Part shown: one piece after another, positions 58,689 to 64,000 of the stretch | Layout of the letters: every line of letters begins with the position of its first letter | How positions within the stretch are numbered: the first letter of the stretch is position 1 | Source: a virus | Taxonomy: Duplodnaviria; Heunggongvirae; Uroviricota; Caudoviricetes | DNA length: 64,000 nucleotides | Reading direction: 5' to 3' (one strand) | Virus record (IMG/VR): IMGVR_UViG_2579779105_000001 | Translations under genes and position numbers: made by a program | The notes under the pieces: model-generated | What the model saw: only the letters and a program-made list of their open reading frames with translations | What the model was told of the DNA's origin: nothing | The model's database searches: none

Positions 58689-59441
58689 AGACTGCTGATA
58701 GGTAAATTTTATCCTGGTAACTTTGCCGCCTTCCGTCACCTCTGAGAAGACTATTTTCATTTTTGTATTTTTTTCAATCTCTGCTACAGCCTTCGTTAAA
58801 AAACTTCTCTTAAATTCGGCATACCGCTGATAACTTTTTGGTAACCCATAACGCTCCCGCATCCATTCGACGCCAAGTATGGCAAAGCCGCTTCCATCAT
58901 CCTTCCTGTACTGGCATAAGGACTCATAAAGCCGCATAGAATAAGGATTTGTAAGGCGAGATACTTCGGTAAAATTCAGCCTTGTGAATCTCTTATCAAG
59001 CAGAGTAAAAAACGGCATGAGATATGGATTAAGATGAATAATGTAAGTCCCGCGCCGTGGTGAATAGGCATCCTTAATCATCCAGGGATAAGACTCATAA
59101 CTGTCTTCTGATTCGGTCGATTCATCAGGGTTATATATCGTAACTTTCTTCTCGCTAAGACCTGAAATGGCCTTACGAATATCCTTGCTGGCTTCAGCAG
59201 AGGGCAAATTATACATCTCTGCATATTCGTTGACCGTCAACTCACAGGCACCTGAACCAAGAACGCCATCCTTAGAAGCATAGCGAAGTCTTCCCACCAC
59301 AATAAACAACAGTCGCTTTTGGTCGCGAGTCAGGTGATAAGCAGCCTCCGTGATCTCATTGGCTTGTGCCAGACTACGACTAATAGGTGTCGCTGACTCA
59401 ATCAGGCTGACGGCTTTTGCTGTTAATTCCGCTCTGTTCAT
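58686..59441 (-). CDS. repA: iteron-binding replication initiator RepA
   Basis: Start set at MNRAEL; flanked by origin iterons upstream and control iterons downstream, as in P1/RepFIB-type replicons. Confidence 0.7.
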   Translation of the reverse strand: MNRAELTAKAVSLIESATPISRSLAQANEITEAAYHLTRDQKRLLFIVVGRLRYASKDGVLGSGACELTVNEYAEMYNLPSAEASKDIRKAISGLSEKKVTIYNPDESTESEDSYESYPWMIKDAYSPRRGTYIIHLNPYLMPFFTLLDKRFTRLNFTEVSRLTNPYSMRLYESLCQYRKDDGSGFAILGVEWMRERYGLPKSYQRYAEFKRSFLTKAVAEIEKNTKMKIVFSEVTEGGKVTRIKFTYQQS

Positions 59442-59465
59442 AACCCTGTGTGATCCTTCAAATGG

Positions 59466-59583
59466 TGAGGGCAATTTTTACACCACTTTGAGGGCAATTA
59501 CTACACCTTTTGAGGGCAAATCTTACACCTTCTGAGGGCAAATCTTACACCGATCGTATTTAATTGAGGGCAAATCTTACACC
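59466..59583 (+). repeat. origin iterons: five direct 19-bp repeats TGAGGGCAA(A/T)T(C/T)TTACACC
   Basis: Units at 59466, 59489, 59511, 59533 and 59565; an inverted copy at 59706-59724. Confidence 0.8.
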
Positions 59584-59679
59584 AGCCTCCTCTACAGCCC
59601 GCGCCACTACTGGCCCCAGCGACGCCTAAAAAGGATCTAAAAAGGATTAAAAATGGAAAAAGGTTTATAAAAATACTCT

Positions 59680-59688
59680 GTGGATATG
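59680..59688 (-). promoter_or_regulatory. DnaA-box-like site (ATATCCACA)
   Basis: 8/9 match to TTATCCACA, adjacent to an AT-rich stretch with AAAAAGGAT repeats and the iterons. Confidence 0.4.
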
Positions 59689-59829
59689 TGAGTAGCGTCA
59701 CTTAAGGTGTAAAAATCACCCTCAATAATCGCTTCTCGACCGGCAAAGATCTTCATTCAATCCCCATCGCAAATCACACACTCCCTATCCTCTGGAAAAT
59801 GAACAGATACCTGCTTTTCGGAGGAATAA

Positions 59830-60651
59830 TTGAACATTCCAAAATTCCCATTGCCTTCCCGTCCTGAGACAGAAATTCAGTTCCACGCCCCTACCGTGAA
59901 GGATGCGCTGAAATATTCTGACCTGAACCCGGCAGAAGATGAGGCAACGACTACAGAGTACCTTAACTCTATGCAGGATGGTGAAATTAACGACAGTGCT
60001 AACTGGACAGTTCAGGATCGCAGAACTGCTCTTTGGTGGATATTTGTTAATTCGCGCCCCGATGCTGTAATGACCTACTCCTATGAGTGCAGTCACTGCG
60101 GTAATACGCATCATGCCGATATTAACCTGAGCGACCTGGCCCAAACAGTAGAAATACTCACTGTACCTCCTTACGTGAAAACCAACGTACCAGTAAATGG
60201 AGTACCAACTGACTGGATACTTAAACCATTAACCGGGAAAGGCGCGGAACTCCTTGAACGAATGCGAGCGTCACTTCCTGATATGAAAAGTCCCGAATAC
60301 AGTGCTGGCGTAGCACGGATGCGAATTGCTGAACTCGCTTTATGCACGGCGCTTAAAGACGATCCGGAGGACTTCACGCAGGCCGCTAACCGACGCTTTG
60401 ACATCATTGAAAGCATGGCGCTTGAAACCGAATTTACCCCGCTTGTGGCTCGCATACAGCTTATGCAAAAAGACCTACGCCACGGCCTGAAAATGTCTAT
60501 TGAGAGAGGCTCAAGCCGACTGATCCTGCCTCCGCAACATTGCAAAAACGCTAAGGAGGGTGCAGATGTGACAACCACACTGTACGTCCCCTTTCTCAAT
60601 AGAGAGTTTATCCCATCAATTAGATCTGAATGGATGGCTAACCATTATTAA
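59830..60651 (+). CDS. hypothetical protein
   Basis: 273-aa ORF downstream of the origin. Confidence 0.45.
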   Translation: MNIPKFPLPSRPETEIQFHAPTVKDALKYSDLNPAEDEATTTEYLNSMQDGEINDSANWTVQDRRTALWWIFVNSRPDAVMTYSYECSHCGNTHHADINLSDLAQTVEILTVPPYVKTNVPVNGVPTDWILKPLTGKGAELLERMRASLPDMKSPEYSAGVARMRIAELALCTALKDDPEDFTQAANRRFDIIESMALETEFTPLVARIQLMQKDLRHGLKMSIERGSSRLILPPQHCKNAKEGADVTTTLYVPFLNREFIPSIRSEWMANHY

Positions 60652-60705
60652 CAACCTGACTCTGTATGGATATCAGCCCGTTAGTGACGTTGAACAATTG
60701 CCACA

Positions 60706-63700
60706 ATGGCGAGCACTCCATATGTCAAAAGCCCTGGAAGAAAAATACAAAGCTCAAGCCGGGAAACGTTGATCGCCGCTGGCAAAAGAGAGGTTATTTT
60801 GAAAGAGAATAAAGACCGTATCGCAATAATTGACGCTATTCAGGGGGCGAGCACAAACGAACTTAACGCTCTTGCTGAGATCAAAGACGCCATTCTCTCT
60901 GGTAGAGGGTCTATAACTCAACTTGGTGAAAATCAAGGTAAAGTAAGTCAAAGACTATCCCGTAGACTCATAGCAAGCGAACCCTATGTCTCTGATGATG
61001 CCAAGAATACCCAAGCTAACCCATATATAAAACGCCTTCCGATGAAAAAAGGGAGGACGCAGATCAACAACGGAGAAGAACGTCTCATTGTTGCAACCAA
61101 CACATCAGAGCGCGTTCATTTTTCGTCATCACGCCAATCCGCCCAAAAGTTGAAAGGTTCTGTGCCAGTAGCCGCTAATTCTGCTCCTCTTGAACCACAA
61201 TCCCCCCAAAGCCAAAAAGGACCGCTTCGGGATAGTAACGGACGCTTTGTATCCCAGAAAAACAACGAAGATATAGCCAGAAAAAAAGAATGGCAGAAAG
61301 CACGTAAGGCTGACGCCAAACTACAAGAAGGCTTCCTCCGAAAATTAGGCTCCATTATAGGGGTAGATGGCAATCAGTCTTCCAGTGAAGAGTCTTTAAC
61401 AGATGCCGCAGGTGTTGGCGCTGGTGGTCCGTTGTGGATGGCTGCTCGCGGCATGTACGACATTACTAAAGAGATCACAGGTAAAGCAGTATCTCTTAAA
61501 GAATGGGTAGAAAAGGGGAAAGGTGAGGCTTCACCTTCGAAAGCGACATCTCCAGCTATCGCTTATCCGGCGGTGGTGAACACTCAAAAAGCAACCTCTG
61601 CAACAGCATTTAATAATGCTGTTGAGACAAAATCAGCACAAGCAGTAGAAGAGCAAACAAAAATTCTTCAGACCAATGACAACAAAATCATTGATGGTCT
61701 GGAAAATGTCTCCGACGAAGTAGTTAAGCTACGCAAATCAGTATCTTCTGGGAATAAGTTCGGCTTAAGTGATCTCTGGAAAAATCGAGCAAGCAGAAGA
61801 AATAAAATCAATATTGGCGATCAGGCTGGTAAAAATAAACGGAACAAACCGAAAAGGAAAGGTCGCAATCTGGGGAAAAAAGCCCTTTCTGTTGGTGAAA
61901 AAGCCGCTGCCGGAACCGCTGCTGCTGGAGCTGGTGCCGTAGCTGCAAAGACTGTTAAAACAAAGGTTAGTAAAGCCAAAGACATCAGCACCACAAGCGA
62001 CGCATCTAAGGGTATTGCTAAAGAAACAAAAAACACAACAAAGGCAGTTAAGTCAGCAGGTGTTGTTGCCGAAGAGGCCACAATTAAAACAGGTGAAACT
62101 GTTGCAAAGAAAAAAACCGAATCCTTAGCACTCAAAAGTGCTGCAAAAATAGGTGTTAAATCAGCTGCTTCTACAGCTGCAAGAGCTATCCCGATCATCG
62201 GCTCAGTGGCTATGGCGGGATATGACGCTATAGATGGTTACACTGATACAGATGCGCAAAAGGCAGCCTTTGGATTAAGTGACGATGATGCTGTATCCGA
62301 ACAGCAAAAAACGGCTTACGCAACAGCTAATGTGCTCGATATGGGGGGCTTGGTGTCGGGCGCAACTAACTTGATAGGGAAAGGAATTTCTGCGCTAGGA
62401 TTTGAAAGAGCAGGTGAAAAACTTCAGGATTTTGATACCGGAGATATTGCTCGTGGTGTTAACGGCGCGGTAGATATCACCAAATCTGTTTTTGGTAGCC
62501 TTAAGGATACATTTTTATCCACTGACGAAAACACGAAACAAGTAAAAAAAGCTGTTGAAGACGGCACCAAAAAAACTGTCGATGCGATTCATTCTCTAGG
62601 TGAACAATTACAAGGTGGGCGTAATGGCGAGGATGGAGTTGGTGAGCACGGGTATACTTCTCCAACTGAATTTAGTGCACCTGCCAACAACACCATTGCA
62701 GCGGATCTGAATATTGGCGGCAGCAACGCTAAAAACCGCAATTACCGAAATAATAATCTCGGCAATCTTGTTTTTGCCAACCAGGAAGGGGCGACACTGG
62801 AATCGCCAAATGCAAAAGGTGAACAACGTTTTGCGCGATTTAACACACCTGAAGAAGGGATCAGGGCACTGGCAAACCAGGTTTCCAGCTATTACAACGG
62901 CACCAGTGCCGCAGCGGGATATCAGAAGTTGCAGACGGTATCCAGCATCATTTCAAAATGGGCACCGCCAAATGAAAACAATACTAACCAATATATTGAT
63001 AACGTCAGTAAATATCTTGGTGTATCGCCTAATGAAAAAATAGATGTCAGCAAACCAGAGGTTATGACGCAATTAGTTCGTGCAATTGCGACGAAAGAAG
63101 GCGGAAATCCGGCAGTTAATAATGAGTTCATTAAGAACGCACTTGGAGCATTTAACACAAACACTGGTCGATGGGAGGGACAATTCTCTGACGAAACATT
63201 GGCGCGGATTAATAAAATTCAGAAAGAAAATGGTGGTCAGCTAATTGCCCGCGATTCGCAATATAGTGTTGGTCGCAAGGTAAAATATGCTAATGGAAAA
63301 TCTCCAGCTCAACCAGTTTTGAATGCCGTTCCGACAGCAACACAACAGCCAATTGAGGTTGCACAACATGCCCAGGCAGTCAAAAAGCCACAAAAAACAG
63401 GTAACCAACCACAACCGATTAATCCAGAGAACGCTGATGTTAATACCGGCTCTCCATCGAGTTTGCTTGAGCGGTTAATCGCAATAAATGAAAGCGGAAT
63501 CAGTGGTGCAAGTAATTTATTTGGCGGCGCGGCTACCAGCCTTGCTGGAACAAGTCTGGATCTGGTAAAGGATTTTGCGTTGGCTACTTCGTTTGGTTCT
63601 ATATCTTCGCTTTCCGAAAAAGCGAAAGGAATGGATCAGGCTCTTACTGAAAAGATATCCGGCTTAACCGGTAAATCTTTTGGATTTAAAAAAGCTTCTC

Positions 63701-64000
63701 AAGTGGCTGATATCGCAACAGCCATACAACAAAAACGCACTGTTAATCACGATACAGAAATCATTGATCTACTTCCGGGAGATCAAGTATCCCCTTTTAC
63801 TCCGAAAACCCCACAGCAGGAGCAGGCTCTAGCAATCAACCAGGCTATGGCGGGCTTTTCGTCTGCAGCGCCAGCACCGAAAACCCCACAGCAGGAGCAG
63901 GCTATAGCAATCAGCCAGGCTATGGAGGGCTTTTCGTCTGTAGCGCCAGCACCGAAAACCCCACAGCAGGAGCTGGCTCTAGCAATCAACCAGGCTATGG
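60706..64000 (+). CDS. large virion protein, tape-measure/Sit-like; 3' end lies outside the window
   Basis: Frame 1 is open from ATG 60706 to the window end (at least 1098 codons) and is absent from the ORF track because it has no stop. Gly/Ala-rich hydrophobic segments and C-terminal tandem repeats. Confidence 0.6.
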   Translation, partial: MASTPYVKSPGRKIQSSSRETLIAAGKREVILKENKDRIAIIDAIQGASTNELNALAEIKDAILSGRGSITQLGENQGKVSQRLSRRLIASEPYVSDDAKNTQANPYIKRLPMKKGRTQINNGEERLIVATNTSERVHFSSSRQSAQKLKGSVPVAANSAPLEPQSPQSQKGPLRDSNGRFVSQKNNEDIARKKEWQKARKADAKLQEGFLRKLGSIIGVDGNQSSSEESLTDAAGVGAGGPLWMAARGMYDITKEITGKAVSLKEWVEKGKGEASPSKATSPAIAYPAVVNTQKATSATAFNNAVETKSAQAVEEQTKILQTNDNKIIDGLENVSDEVVKLRKSVSSGNKFGLSDLWKNRASRRNKINIGDQAGKNKRNKPKRKGRNLGKKALSVGEKAAAGTAAAGAGAVAAKTVKTKVSKAKDISTTSDASKGIAKETKNTTKAVKSAGVVAEEATIKTGETVAKKKTESLALKSAAKIGVKSAASTAARAIPIIGSVAMAGYDAIDGYTDTDAQKAAFGLSDDDAVSEQQKTAYATANVLDMGGLVSGATNLIGKGISALGFERAGEKLQDFDTGDIARGVNGAVDITKSVFGSLKDTFLSTDENTKQVKKAVEDGTKKTVDAIHSLGEQLQGGRNGEDGVGEHGYTSPTEFSAPANNTIAADLNIGGSNAKNRNYRNNNLGNLVFANQEGATLESPNAKGEQRFARFNTPEEGIRALANQVSSYYNGTSAAAGYQKLQTVSSIISKWAPPNENNTNQYIDNVSKYLGVSPNEKIDVSKPEVMTQLVRAIATKEGGNPAVNNEFIKNALGAFNTNTGRWEGQFSDETLARINKIQKENGGQLIARDSQYSVGRKVKYANGKSPAQPVLNAVPTATQQPIEVAQHAQAVKKPQKTGNQPQPINPENADVNTGSPSSLLERLIAINESGISGASNLFGGAATSLAGTSLDLVKDFALATSFGSISSLSEKAKGMDQALTEKISGLTGKSFGFKKASQVADIATAIQQKRTVNHDTEIIDLLPGDQVSPFTPKTPQQEQALAINQAMAGFSSAAPAPKTPQQEQAIAISQAMEGFSSVAPAPKTPQQELALAINQAM
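63802..64000 (+). repeat. 75-bp tandem repeat (at least 2.6 copies) encoding a 25-aa unit PKTPQQEQALAINQAMAGFSSAAPA
   Basis: Copies begin at 63802, 63877 and 63952, with a few substitutions between copies. Confidence 0.85.

Noticed and set aside
59466-59583. Possible CRISPR array suggested by regularly spaced direct repeats
   Set aside because: The repeats are 19 bp with 3-13 bp gaps, sit immediately upstream of a Rep initiator gene with inverted copies on the other side, and are accompanied by a DnaA-box-like site: replicon iterons, not CRISPR.
61821-63164. Several ORFs (61821-62198-, 62608-62826-, 62714-63043+, 62922-63164-) within the large frame-1 ORF
   Set aside because: They overlap the continuous 1098-codon frame-1 ORF; treated as out-of-frame or antisense artefacts.

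Overview
This window reads as a mosaic P1-like phage-plasmid segment from an enterobacterial host; all calls rest on reading the supplied translations and sequence, with no database search run. Left to right: a 5'-truncated DarB-like SNF2/DExH helicase; a structured non-coding region and tRNA array (Asn-GTT, Thr-TGT, Met/Ile-CAT, a tRNA-Ser-like gene and a degenerate tRNA-like element) with an embedded SPFH lipoprotein operon; lpa-pacA-pacB packaging genes; a candidate C1-like repressor; a lox-like site and divergent Cre-like recombinase; dUTPase; phd-doc, humD and hot; a lambdoid-style accessory block (Ead/Ea22-like, DUF551-like, DUF4406-like, Ser/Thr phosphatase, a ClpX zinc-finger mimic); a Ref-like HNH protein; higBA beside an AT-rich membrane protein; baseplate-like genes; hrdC-dmt; a full-length host-like glnS; two adjacent partition loci (ParF/G-like and ParM/R); head, sheath and tube genes; an iteron-flanked RepA replicon; and a 3'-truncated Sit/tape-measure-like ORF ending in 75-bp tandem repeats. 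A TTTTCTAACA(T/C) motif recurs about ten times in promoter regions, consistent with a C1-type operator regulon. The strongest novelty candidates are the glnS cargo, the ClpX zinc-finger mimic, the new lox-like site, and the AT-rich membrane protein next to higBA; no single clearly defined new system could be established from sequence alone.
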